Below, in pieces: positions 17,904 through 25,060 of a DNA stretch of 32,000 bases. Below the pieces are notes generated by a model, which saw only the letters and a program-made list of their open reading frames with translations, was not told the origin of the DNA and searched no databases. Source of the stretch: SAR202 cluster bacterium (GTDB taxonomy: Bacteria; Chloroflexota; Dehalococcoidia; Lucifugimonadales; UBA2962); the NCBI GenBank assembly GCA_022447925.1, contig JAKUTS010000004.1:95259-127258 (forward strand), written 5' to 3'. Made by a program: the position numbers and the translations under genes. Numbering within the stretch: position 1 is the stretch's first letter; each line of letters starts with the position of its first letter.

Positions 17904-18140
17904 ATCTATCTCCTTAAAATTTCTACATATACCGAATTCAAGAAGGAAAGATTTGACAAATGAATGCTAATTTACAACTTAAGCTGACATACGTGAAAAC
18001 GTTAATTAAATTTAACGTGTACATTAATTTTACATTAAAACCCTAGTTAATATTCAACTATTATATTTATATATTTTCGGCAAATTACTAATATTGACAA
18101 TAAATGCTATTAATCTAAAAACCATAACAGGAGAATTTCA

Positions 18141-18413
18141 ATGAATATTTGTGTTGTATCAAGTTTTGAAGGAAGTGCAGAAGATTTCCTATCTATGTTT
18201 CATGAAATATTTGATGAAGAAATAGAAAAGGTGGCGCCAGACTACGATATCGGTGTGGTTAGTGATAAAGATGGGTTTTGTAAAATCATTACCACTGCAA
18301 ACGTAATAGATGAGCAACGATTTAGCGAACTCATGTCATCTCCTAAAATGGTCGAGTGGGATAAAAATCATAAGAATACAGATGTAATCTACTCGTTAGA
18401 AAGAATAAACTAA
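18141..18413 (+). CDS. Hypothetical small acidic cytoplasmic protein (90 aa)
   Basis: ATG preceded by AGGAG (aacaggagaatttcaATG). No motif I can assign. Possible promoter TTGACA at 18094-18099 with a weak -10 TAAAAA at 18116-18121. Confidence 0.5.
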   Translation: MNICVVSSFEGSAEDFLSMFHEIFDEEIEKVAPDYDIGVVSDKDGFCKIITTANVIDEQRFSELMSSPKMVEWDKNHKNTDVIYSLERIN

Positions 18414-18491
18414 GATTAGAAGATAATTGAGACAACTAAACTAAGTTTACCCTGACTTAATTTTGGTTTTAAGTTTAGTAATTCCACACAA

Positions 18492-19319
18492 CTAATTTGC
18501 GTAACGAAAGGTTCTTTTTGCAATCCAAACAATTATAAATATTGATGTAGCAGCTAAAGCCATTGAGGGTCCAGAAGGGAAATCTAAATAATAAGACAAA
18601 TACAGCCCACTCAGTGAAGCAATAACTCCAAAAGCACTACCAGTGACCATTGCGGCAGAGAAAGTTTTAGTGGTTAATTTAGCTGCCGCTGCGGGTGTAA
18701 TCAGCATACTTAAAACCAAAATTATTCCCACTGATTGTATCGATGAAATAATAGATAAAGACAAAACTACTAAAAAAATATTGTCGAACAGCCTTACGTT
18801 TAATCCTGATATTTTAGCTCCCTTGGGATCAAACGAGATAAATAAAAACTGTTTATAAAGTATCAACGTTGTGATGATAATAATTGCAGACAAAATTAAA
18901 GTAGCCCAAACATCAAACCTTGATACGGCTAAAATCTGCCCCAATAACAAATCTTCTACGCTGAGCAAAATGTGATCATATATCGATAACATAATGAATC
19001 CTAAAGCAAATAATGACGAAAATATGATGCCAATTGCTGTATCCTCACCTATTTTTGATCTGTTAATTAGATATCCAAGCACCAAAGCGATAATTATTGC
19101 TGCAGGTATAGCAGCTATAAAGATACTGACACCTATCAATAACCCAAAAGCAAGCCCTGGTAAACTGGCATGAGCCATAGCGTCGCCCATAAAACCTAAA
19201 TTTCTATTGATAACATACGATCCCAACAAAGGGAGAATCACTCCGACTGAAACTGCAACAATCAAAGATCGAATCATAAAACTGTAGGAGAACGGTTCGT
19301 ATATATATTCAATCCACAT
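18492..19319 (-). CDS. znuB: Zinc/manganese ABC transporter permease (ABC-3 / ZnuB family)
   Basis: 275-aa polytopic protein typical of ABC-3 permeases (…GFMGDAMAHASLPG… region). It overlaps the upstream ATPase gene by 11 nt. Confidence 0.85.
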   Translation of the reverse strand: MWIEYIYEPFSYSFMIRSLIVAVSVGVILPLLGSYVINRNLGFMGDAMAHASLPGLAFGLLIGVSIFIAAIPAAIIIALVLGYLINRSKIGEDTAIGIIFSSLFALGFIMLSIYDHILLSVEDLLLGQILAVSRFDVWATLILSAIIIITTLILYKQFLFISFDPKGAKISGLNVRLFDNIFLVVLSLSIISSIQSVGIILVLSMLITPAAAAKLTTKTFSAAMVTGSAFGVIASLSGLYLSYYLDFPSGPSMALAATSIFIIVWIAKRTFRYAN

Positions 19320-20094
19320 CGTTGTGTCCGTGCTTACCTAAAGTATGGTCTTTAAACATTGAACTGTGAGAACCATAGAGCTCTACCATAACTTCTCTAG
19401 TCAAAACTTTCCCAGGCTCTCCATACGCGCAGCAATGTCTATTCAAGCACAAAACCTCATCAAACCTTTCACTTACGGTATTCAAATCATGGGTCGCCAT
19501 TAAAATTGTCTTCCCATCATTTTTTAAATTCCTCAAAACATCTACCAATGTTTCTTGAGACCCAATATCTACACCACTAAAGGCCTCATCTAATAGTAAA
19601 ATTTTTGCACCTTGCGCAAGAGTTCTAGCTAAAAAAACTCTTTGTCTTTGCCCCTCTGAAAGGTCTTCTACACGATCATCAATCCTTTCCAGCAATGCCA
19701 CTTTGGATAAGGATTTCTCTATTATTCCTTGATCTTGTTTAGATGTGAGAGAAAAAAAGGATTTGTTCTTAGTAATCCCCATCTGGACAACTTGTCTGGC
19801 AGTTACATGAAACTTCCAATTGAATTCCTCCCTTTGCGGGACGTAGCCGATGAGCCCTTTTGCTTTCTTAGGATCAACCCCATTTATTTTTATTGAACCA
19901 TGAGCAATTGGAACTAAACCCAACATAGCATTAAATAAAGTTGTCTTTCCGCCTCCATTAGGACCAACAACACCAACTAAACTGCCTTCATTAATTGAGA
20001 AGCTAACGTCATCTAGAATCAACTCATTGCCGAGTTGCACGCAACACCCTTCTGAAACTATAGGACAACTGTTATTCATAGAGGGTCTCAACAT
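19309..20094 (-). CDS. znuC: Zinc/manganese ABC transporter ATP-binding protein (ZnuC family)
   Basis: Walker A GPNGGGKTT, signature LSEGQRQR, Walker B LLLDEAFSGVD, H-loop ATHD. The start may instead be the sixth codon (ATG at 20079). Confidence 0.9.
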   Translation of the reverse strand: MLRPSMNNSCPIVSEGCCVQLGNELILDDVSFSINEGSLVGVVGPNGGGKTTLFNAMLGLVPIAHGSIKINGVDPKKAKGLIGYVPQREEFNWKFHVTARQVVQMGITKNKSFFSLTSKQDQGIIEKSLSKVALLERIDDRVEDLSEGQRQRVFLARTLAQGAKILLLDEAFSGVDIGSQETLVDVLRNLKNDGKTILMATHDLNTVSERFDEVLCLNRHCCAYGEPGKVLTREVMVELYGSHSSMFKDHTLGKHGHNDVD

Positions 20095-20110
20095 AATTCG
20101 TAACTATACA

Positions 20111-20148
20111 GGAAATCATATATTTTTGGAGGTAAATATATGATTTCC
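20111..20148. other. Perfect 13-bp inverted repeat (stem-loop) in the znuA-znuC spacer
   Basis: GGAAATCATATAT (20111-20123) and ATATATGATTTCC (20136-20148) are exact reverse complements with a 12-nt loop, 16 nt upstream of the znuC ATG. A second 8-bp hairpin, CACTTATT/AATAAGTG (20168-20193), abuts the znuA stop. Confidence 0.6.
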
Positions 20149-20193
20149 CGTTGGAGGACTCAGAGGTCACTTATTGTGAGCAACAAATAAGTG

Positions 20194-21453
20194 TTACTTC
20201 TCATGGTCGTCTTCGTCATCGTGATCATCATGCTTATCTTCATCACCATGGTCATCATGATCATCATGCTTATCTTCATCACCATGGTCATCATGATCAT
20301 CATGCTTATCTTCGTCACCATGATCATCGTGATCATCATGCTTATCTTCGTCACCATGGTCATCATGATCATCTTCGTGACCATATTTGATTAAATTTTC
20401 CACAATTAAATTCACATTGCTATTTATGAAATCAATGTATGACTGATTCTCTTGCAAAGTTTCGACCCATAATCCTGAAACCAAAGTTGCTCCAGTTTCT
20501 TGAGCAACAATTTCAGACGATTTAGTCGGACTCTCAGCCTCAAGGAATATTACTTTTACTTTCTGTTCTTTAACTTCCTCAATAACGCTGACTAATTGTC
20601 TAGGCGTGACATCATCTTCGCTAGTGACGCTTGGGATAATAGCAACAAGGACACTCAAACCGTATCTGGCTTCTAAATAACCTAAAGACTCATGAGTGGT
20701 AACTATTTGCCTGTCATTAGAAGGAACTGTTTGAATCAAAGCCTCAACCTGTGCATCTAAAGCTGTCAATTCAGCGATATAACTAGTTGCTGCTGACTCA
20801 TAAGCATCTTTATTATCAGGATCTAGTTTTATCAATTCATTTCTGATTTCACCGACTGCTAAAGCAACCCTAGTTGGATCAAACCAAAAATGAGGATCAT
20901 ATATGCCGTGATCATGACCAGCGTGTCCATCTTCGTCACCATGATCATCGTGGTCATCATGGCCTTCTTCGTCACCATGATCATCGTGGTCGTCATGGCC
21001 TTCTTCTTTAAATTCTATAGGATTTATTCTGGCCGCTACTTCAATAAGTAATTCCTGTGATTTTACTGAATTCTGAAGTAATTTAAGCAAATTGACAGAC
21101 TCGTATTTCAAACCCGTGTAAAAAACCAAATCCGCATCTTCAATTTTCTTCACGTCCTGGGGAGATGGTTCAAAAGTATGAGGGTCAGCGGCATATGGCA
21201 TTAATATATTAAGTTCAATATTGTCGCCAGCGACCTTCTTAACAAACTCCCCAATCATTGGTGTCGTCGCAAGGACAGTCAATGTGGCACTAGGTTCTTC
21301 AACCGAAGATTCCTCTACTGTCGTGGTGGAAGTAGATTCTTCAACCGAAGATTCCTCTACTGTCGTGGTCGACGCTTCGTCGCCATTTCCACATGCCACT
21401 ATCAAGAGCAACATAGTGATTACAGCAAATTTAAGTATATATTTAAAACGCAT
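20194..21453 (-). CDS. znuA: Zinc ABC transporter substrate-binding lipoprotein (ZnuA/TroA cluster A-I) with a His/Asp-rich loop and a His/Asp-rich C-terminal tail
   Basis: Lipoprotein signal LLLIVACGNG and a cluster A-I SBP core (…DPHTFEPSPQD…, …DPHFWFDP…, …VTTHESLGYL…). Internal loop EEGHDDHDDHGDEEGHDDHDDHGDEDGHAGHDHG. C-terminal tail of four HDDHDDHGDEDK units. GAGGAG lies 7 nt upstream of the ATG. Confidence 0.85.
   Translation of the reverse strand: MRFKYILKFAVITMLLLIVACGNGDEASTTTVEESSVEESTSTTTVEESSVEEPSATLTVLATTPMIGEFVKKVAGDNIELNILMPYAADPHTFEPSPQDVKKIEDADLVFYTGLKYESVNLLKLLQNSVKSQELLIEVAARINPIEFKEEGHDDHDDHGDEEGHDDHDDHGDEDGHAGHDHGIYDPHFWFDPTRVALAVGEIRNELIKLDPDNKDAYESAATSYIAELTALDAQVEALIQTVPSNDRQIVTTHESLGYLEARYGLSVLVAIIPSVTSEDDVTPRQLVSVIEEVKEQKVKVIFLEAESPTKSSEIVAQETGATLVSGLWVETLQENQSYIDFINSNVNLIVENLIKYGHEDDHDDHGDEDKHDDHDDHGDEDKHDDHDDHGDEDKHDDHDDHGDEDKHDDHDDEDDHEK
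20224..20367 (-). repeat. Four tandem 36-bp coding repeats (C-terminal His/Asp tail of ZnuA)
   Basis: Units at 20224-20259 and 20260-20295 are identical. 20296-20331 differs at 3 positions and 20332-20367 at 1 position. Each encodes HDDHDDHGDEDK in frame. Confidence 0.9.
20931..21002 (-). repeat. Two tandem 36-bp coding repeats (His/Asp loop of ZnuA)
   Basis: cttcgtcaccatgatcatcgtggtcatcatggcctt is repeated with one substitution. It encodes EEGHDDHDDHGD twice and is about 80% identical by eye to the tail unit. Confidence 0.85.
21295..21369 (-). repeat. Direct repeat of 33 bp at a 42-bp period (Ser/Thr/Glu linker after the ZnuA lipobox)
   Basis: ttcttcaaccgaagattcctctactgtcgtggt occurs at 21295-21327 and 21337-21369. 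It encodes TTTVEESSVEE twice. Confidence 0.85.
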
Positions 21454-21471
21454 TAAGTAACTCCTCTAAGT

Positions 21472-21486
21472 TGAGAATGATTCTCA
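21472..21486. promoter_or_regulatory. Fur-family (Zur-type) operator, perfect 7-1-7 inverted repeat TGAGAATGATTCTCA
   Basis: Half-sites TGAGAAT and ATTCTCA are exact reverse complements around a central G. The architecture matches the classical TGATAATnATTATCA 7-1-7 Fur box, with one symmetric change per half-site. It lies 5 nt downstream of the putative znuA -10 and 18 nt upstream of the znuA ATG. Confidence 0.65.
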
Positions 21487-21491
21487 TTCCC

Positions 21492-21520
21492 AGTATCATA
21501 TGTTTTTGCTAATATGTCAA
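21492..21520 (-). promoter_or_regulatory. Promoter of the znuACB operon
   Basis: On the minus strand: consensus -35 TTGACA (21520-21515), 17-nt spacer, -10 GATACT (21497-21492). The predicted transcription start falls at the edge of the Zur-type box. Confidence 0.55.
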
Positions 21521-21534
21521 CAGCTTGCTAATAT
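21506..21534 (+). promoter_or_regulatory. Candidate promoter of the Fur-family regulator gene
   Basis: TTGCTA (21506-21511), 17-nt spacer, TAATAT (21529-21534). The two hexamers lie inside an 11-bp direct repeat TTGCTAATATG (21506-21516 and 21525-21535). It is back-to-back with the znuA promoter. Confidence 0.35.
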
Positions 21535-21563
21535 GGCCTATTAAATATAAACGTAATAATCAC

Positions 21564-22025
21564 ATGCCCAAAGAAACAGATTTAACTCAAAAATGCCGGC
21601 AATTGCTGGTTGACCATAATATCCCCATAACTCGCCCGAGGATTGTCTTGTTAGAAATCTTGCTACAAAATAAAGGGCCGTTAAAAGTAGAGGATGTAAT
21701 CAAACTCTCAGAGGGAAAACTTGCAGTATCCTCTTTATACAGAATTATAAATATGCTTAAAAATCTCGATTTGATTAGCGAATTCCAAACACCTGACAAC
21801 ACCAAGGTCATAGAGCTATCTATCAGAAAAGACGGTCATCATCATCACATTTTCTGTGAATCGTGTGGATCAGTTGAAGACTTTGAGTTAAATGGAAGCT
21901 TAGAGAAAAATCTTGAACAAGAAATACAACTAATCGAATCTTCACATAATATTTCTGTGTTATCGCATTCATTAGAACTGTTCAGCATTTGTAATCCATG
22001 CAAAAACCAAAGCTCAAAAAGATAA
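21564..22025 (+). CDS. zur: Fur-family metalloregulator, Zur-like by context
   Basis: Winged-helix N-terminal region (ITRPRIVLLEILLQNKGPLKVEDV). Metal sites GHHHHIFCESCG and CNPC. Divergent from znuA. I prefer ATG 21564 over the track's TTG 21525. Fur, Zur and Mur cannot be separated by eye. Confidence 0.75.
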   Translation: MPKETDLTQKCRQLLVDHNIPITRPRIVLLEILLQNKGPLKVEDVIKLSEGKLAVSSLYRIINMLKNLDLISEFQTPDNTKVIELSIRKDGHHHHIFCESCGSVEDFELNGSLEKNLEQEIQLIESSHNISVLSHSLELFSICNPCKNQSSKR

Positions 22026-22468
22026 AACAATCCGATAAACAACAGAGGGGGCCTACTGCAGCAATAATAGATGCAGCAATACTTAGGTGTTGGGAATTTG
22101 AAGCTACTAGGTGGCAAGAGCAAAAAGCTTATTTTAGAGGTAGCCATGCAGTAGCTAGTTCAATCGATAAAACCAGAGCTGAAGTAATAGATTCTGTTAG
22201 AGCATCAATGGAGAAAACTCACTCTAATGGATCCACATGGATGGGCCTATACCCGATTTGGTTTAAAGAGAACCTTGAAACATATGTTGACAACCGTTTA
22301 CAAGCACTGGAAGTTGAAGGGTTTGTTTCTAGCTCGAAAGCAGATATTTGGACCATGATTTCAAATATTATCGAAGATACTGAATGGGATTTACTTAGAT
22401 TAGTCAGTGACAAAATGTTGCCTCACAGACAATTAAACATACCTGACTTACTGAGGCCTAGAAACTAA
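21998..22468 (+). CDS. Hypothetical protein (156 aa) overlapping the 3' end of the regulator gene
   Basis: ATG 21998 lies 28 nt inside the regulator gene. Lys-rich N terminus (KPKLKKIKQSDKQQR), then a Trp-rich helical-looking domain. No recognisable motif. Confidence 0.5.
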   Translation: MQKPKLKKIKQSDKQQRGPTAAIIDAAILRCWEFEATRWQEQKAYFRGSHAVASSIDKTRAEVIDSVRASMEKTHSNGSTWMGLYPIWFKENLETYVDNRLQALEVEGFVSSSKADIWTMISNIIEDTEWDLLRLVSDKMLPHRQLNIPDLLRPRN

Positions 22469-22578
22469 AAATAGACACATCAGATTAAATCAACCACAAG
22501 TCGCCCCAATAATAAATTATGCTTATATTATTGAGTGTAAAATCAACAAAGTTAAAATTTATAACAAGGAGAATTAAT

Positions 22579-22893
22579 ATGAGAATGTTAATAAAAGCAA
22601 CGATTCCAACTGAAAAAGGTAATGCCAGCTTAGTAGATGGAAGTATGATGACCAGCTTTGAATCTATTTTGGAAGATTTAAAGCCCGAAGCAGTTTACTT
22701 AACTATAGAAAATGGCGCACGAACTATGTTGCTCATTATAAATATGGAAGAATCTTCAGAAATGATGGGTATAGTTGAGCCCCTATTCCTTTCTATGGGA
22801 GCTCACCTCACTCTCACACCCGTAGCCACCGCAGAAGATTTTGAAAAAGCGGGGCCTGGCTTGGGAGAAGTGATACAAAAATACGCATCATAG
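22579..22893 (+). CDS. Small conserved-looking protein of unknown function (104 aa)
   Basis: ATG 22579 is preceded by AAGGAG (acaaggagaattaatATG), so the track start 22519 is probably too long. The sequence MRMLIKATIPTEKGNA...LKPEAVYLT..NGARTMLLIINMEE resembles small alpha/beta proteins I cannot name with certainty. Confidence 0.55.
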   Translation: MRMLIKATIPTEKGNASLVDGSMMTSFESILEDLKPEAVYLTIENGARTMLLIINMEESSEMMGIVEPLFLSMGAHLTLTPVATAEDFEKAGPGLGEVIQKYAS

Positions 22894-23045
22894 GTAGCTG
22901 TGAATAATTATCCACAACAGTTTAATTATTAAAAAGCTATAGTAGGATATTAGTTTGAGACAATGGTTTTAAAACTAATAATTCTAGTCGGCATAGTTCT
23001 CCTAATGATTCTGGCACTCAGATTACTAAGGCGTTGAAGCAAAAA

Positions 23046-23975
23046 ATGAACAAACAACGAATTGAAAAAGTAGCCGTGATTGGAGCGGGATTAATGGGTC
23101 ATGGTATTGCTCTTGAAATAGCTGCCGCAGGATATCATGTAAATTTGTATGACATAAATGAGGAAATTCTAGATACCGCTAGAAAAAATATTGACTACGG
23201 TTTAAAAAAACTAGTGGACTCAGGAAAAATAAAAGATGACCAAGTTCCCAAAAGTAAATTACTAATCAAAACAAGTAATGATTTGGGAAATCAGCTTAAA
23301 GATGTTGATTTAGTTATAGAAGCTGCTCCCGAAAACGTATCAATCAAACAAGATTTATTCAAAAAGTTTGGCGAACTATGCCCCAGCCACACTATATTGG
23401 CCAGTAATACCAGTAGCTTAAAGCCTAGCTTATATGCAGAACACTCAAACCGTCCGGATAAAGTGATAGTAATGCATTATGCTAACCCTCCGCATTTAGT
23501 TCCATTAGTTGAGATAGTTCGTGGCCACAAAACATCTGACGCAACACTGAATATCGCCAAGGCATTTATTGAGGATATTGGAAAGCAAGTTATCGTTGTT
23601 AATAAAGAAGTTGAAGGGTTTATACTGAACAGGTTGCAGATTGCTTTGTTAAGAGAATCACTATGGTTAGTCGAAAATGGAATCACAGATATTGAAGGCG
23701 TAGATAAAGCAATCAAATATTGCACAGGACGGAGGTGGGCTTTTGCCGGCATATTTGAAGTTTGGGAACTAGCCGGCTGGGATACAATTGGAAATATATA
23801 TCGAGAAGTTGCCCCTACACTAGCTTCTAAAGCTGACATTCCAGGGCCTCTTAAAAACTTGCTTAATCAGGGATTTTTCGGCTCAAAATCCGGAAGAGGC
23901 TTTTACAAAAGTGATGAAAATTGGACTGATTCAGTAAAGACAAGAATAGCTAAAGGACTTGCAAGCTTTAAATAG
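23046..23975 (+). CDS. 3-hydroxyacyl-CoA (3-hydroxybutyryl-CoA) dehydrogenase family protein
   Basis: NAD-binding VAVIGAGLMGHGIA, then SNTSSL and the C-terminal dimerisation domain pattern (GFILNRL). ATG 23046 is preferred over the track's TTG 23034. Confidence 0.85.
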   Translation: MNKQRIEKVAVIGAGLMGHGIALEIAAAGYHVNLYDINEEILDTARKNIDYGLKKLVDSGKIKDDQVPKSKLLIKTSNDLGNQLKDVDLVIEAAPENVSIKQDLFKKFGELCPSHTILASNTSSLKPSLYAEHSNRPDKVIVMHYANPPHLVPLVEIVRGHKTSDATLNIAKAFIEDIGKQVIVVNKEVEGFILNRLQIALLRESLWLVENGITDIEGVDKAIKYCTGRRWAFAGIFEVWELAGWDTIGNIYREVAPTLASKADIPGPLKNLLNQGFFGSKSGRGFYKSDENWTDSVKTRIAKGLASFK

Positions 23976-24025
23976 CGCGATTAGACTCAAATCATCACCA
24001 ACAAGGATTTCTAGGGTTTTTTACT

Positions 24026-25060
24026 ATGGATGAAACTACATTACCTTTATTACCCACGTCAGTGGTGGGTAGCCATGCACTACCAAGCTGGTTACATACT
24101 ATGAATGGGGAAATTGACTCCGGTAAATATGGTCAAACGGATATAAAGGAAACTTATGATGATGCTGTAGATCTGGCCATATTGGATCAGGACCGAGCTG
24201 GCATCGACGTCATTACTGATGGAGAAATGAGACGTTCCTTTTTTGTTCAAGGTTTTTACAAACGGATCAGCGGTATAGAGCCTGACCCATTATTAAGAAC
24301 TGTTGGGCCAACTGGTTATGATTCTCCAAGAAGATTTCATACAGTTAGCAAGATCGATGTTCCTGACGGGTTAGGTATCGTTGAAGAATTTACGCATGCA
24401 CAGAAAATAACCACTAAACCGATTAAAGCTACGTGCCCAGGCCCCCTTACTATTTCTATGCATATTAGACCTCAAAATGCATATAAGAGCCGGCTCGATA
24501 TGGCTTGGGAATTCTCCAAAATTATTAATAGTGAGCTAAAAGCACTTGTAAATGCTGGAGCGGATTTTATTCAAATTGACGAACCTTCTTTCGCGATAGT
24601 TCCAGGAGAATTAAATGAATGGGTATCTCTCTACAACGCATGTGTAAAAGACGTAGACGCAAAACTTGCACTACATATATGTTTTGGAAATCTAGATTCA
24701 CGCCCTCGCGGTAAGCGGGAATATGCTTGGATGTGGCCTTTATTAAACGATATGAGAGCAGATCAACTAGTACTAGAATTTGCTAACAGAGAATTTGTAG
24801 ACGTAGATCTATGGAAATTGGTATCTGAATCGAGAGAACTCGGCGCCGGAGTCATAGATGTTAAGTCATTTTATGTAGAAAGCCCTACCGATGTAGCCGC
24901 TCGCATAAAAAGGCTATTGGAATTTGTCCCTGCTGAAAAATTATGGATAAACCCTGATTGTGGATTTTTTGCTGTTCCAAGATGGTTGGCCATTAAAAAA
25001 TTAAATTCAATGGCAGCAGGAACCCAGCTGGTCAGAAAAGAACTTACCGAGGAAAAATAA
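24026..25060 (+). CDS. Single-domain cobalamin-independent methionine synthase (MetE C-terminal / core-MetE) family protein
   Basis: 344 aa, about half the length of two-domain MetE. Zn-ligand pattern HICFGN (His-x-Cys), IQIDEP and NPDCGF (Cys), plus TDGEMRR in the substrate-binding region. Confidence 0.8.
   Translation: MDETTLPLLPTSVVGSHALPSWLHTMNGEIDSGKYGQTDIKETYDDAVDLAILDQDRAGIDVITDGEMRRSFFVQGFYKRISGIEPDPLLRTVGPTGYDSPRRFHTVSKIDVPDGLGIVEEFTHAQKITTKPIKATCPGPLTISMHIRPQNAYKSRLDMAWEFSKIINSELKALVNAGADFIQIDEPSFAIVPGELNEWVSLYNACVKDVDAKLALHICFGNLDSRPRGKREYAWMWPLLNDMRADQLVLEFANREFVDVDLWKLVSESRELGAGVIDVKSFYVESPTDVAARIKRLLEFVPAEKLWINPDCGFFAVPRWLAIKKLNSMAAGTQLVRKELTEEK

Noticed and set aside
20224-20367. 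Regular 36-bp repeats that might at first glance suggest a CRISPR array
   Set aside because: The units are directly tandem with no spacers. They are in frame within znuA and encode a His/Asp peptide. No cas genes or leader are present.
20151-20394. Three overlapping track ORFs on both strands (79, 74 and 67 aa) rich in His/Met/Ile repeats
   Set aside because: They are alternative-frame and antisense readings of the 36-bp His/Asp repeats at the 3' end of znuA. Repetitive codons keep several frames open, and the znuA frame continues into a full binding-protein domain.
22903-22930. AATAATTA...TAATTATT inverted repeat after the 104-aa gene as a terminator
   Set aside because: The stem is 8 bp of A/T only and is followed by an A-run rather than a T-run on the coding strand. 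It is too weak to call.
23976-24025. Possible cobalamin or SAM riboswitch upstream of the MetE-like gene
   Set aside because: The intergenic gap is only 50 nt, and the gene is internal to an operon. There is no room for a riboswitch aptamer and no conserved B12-box-like sequence.
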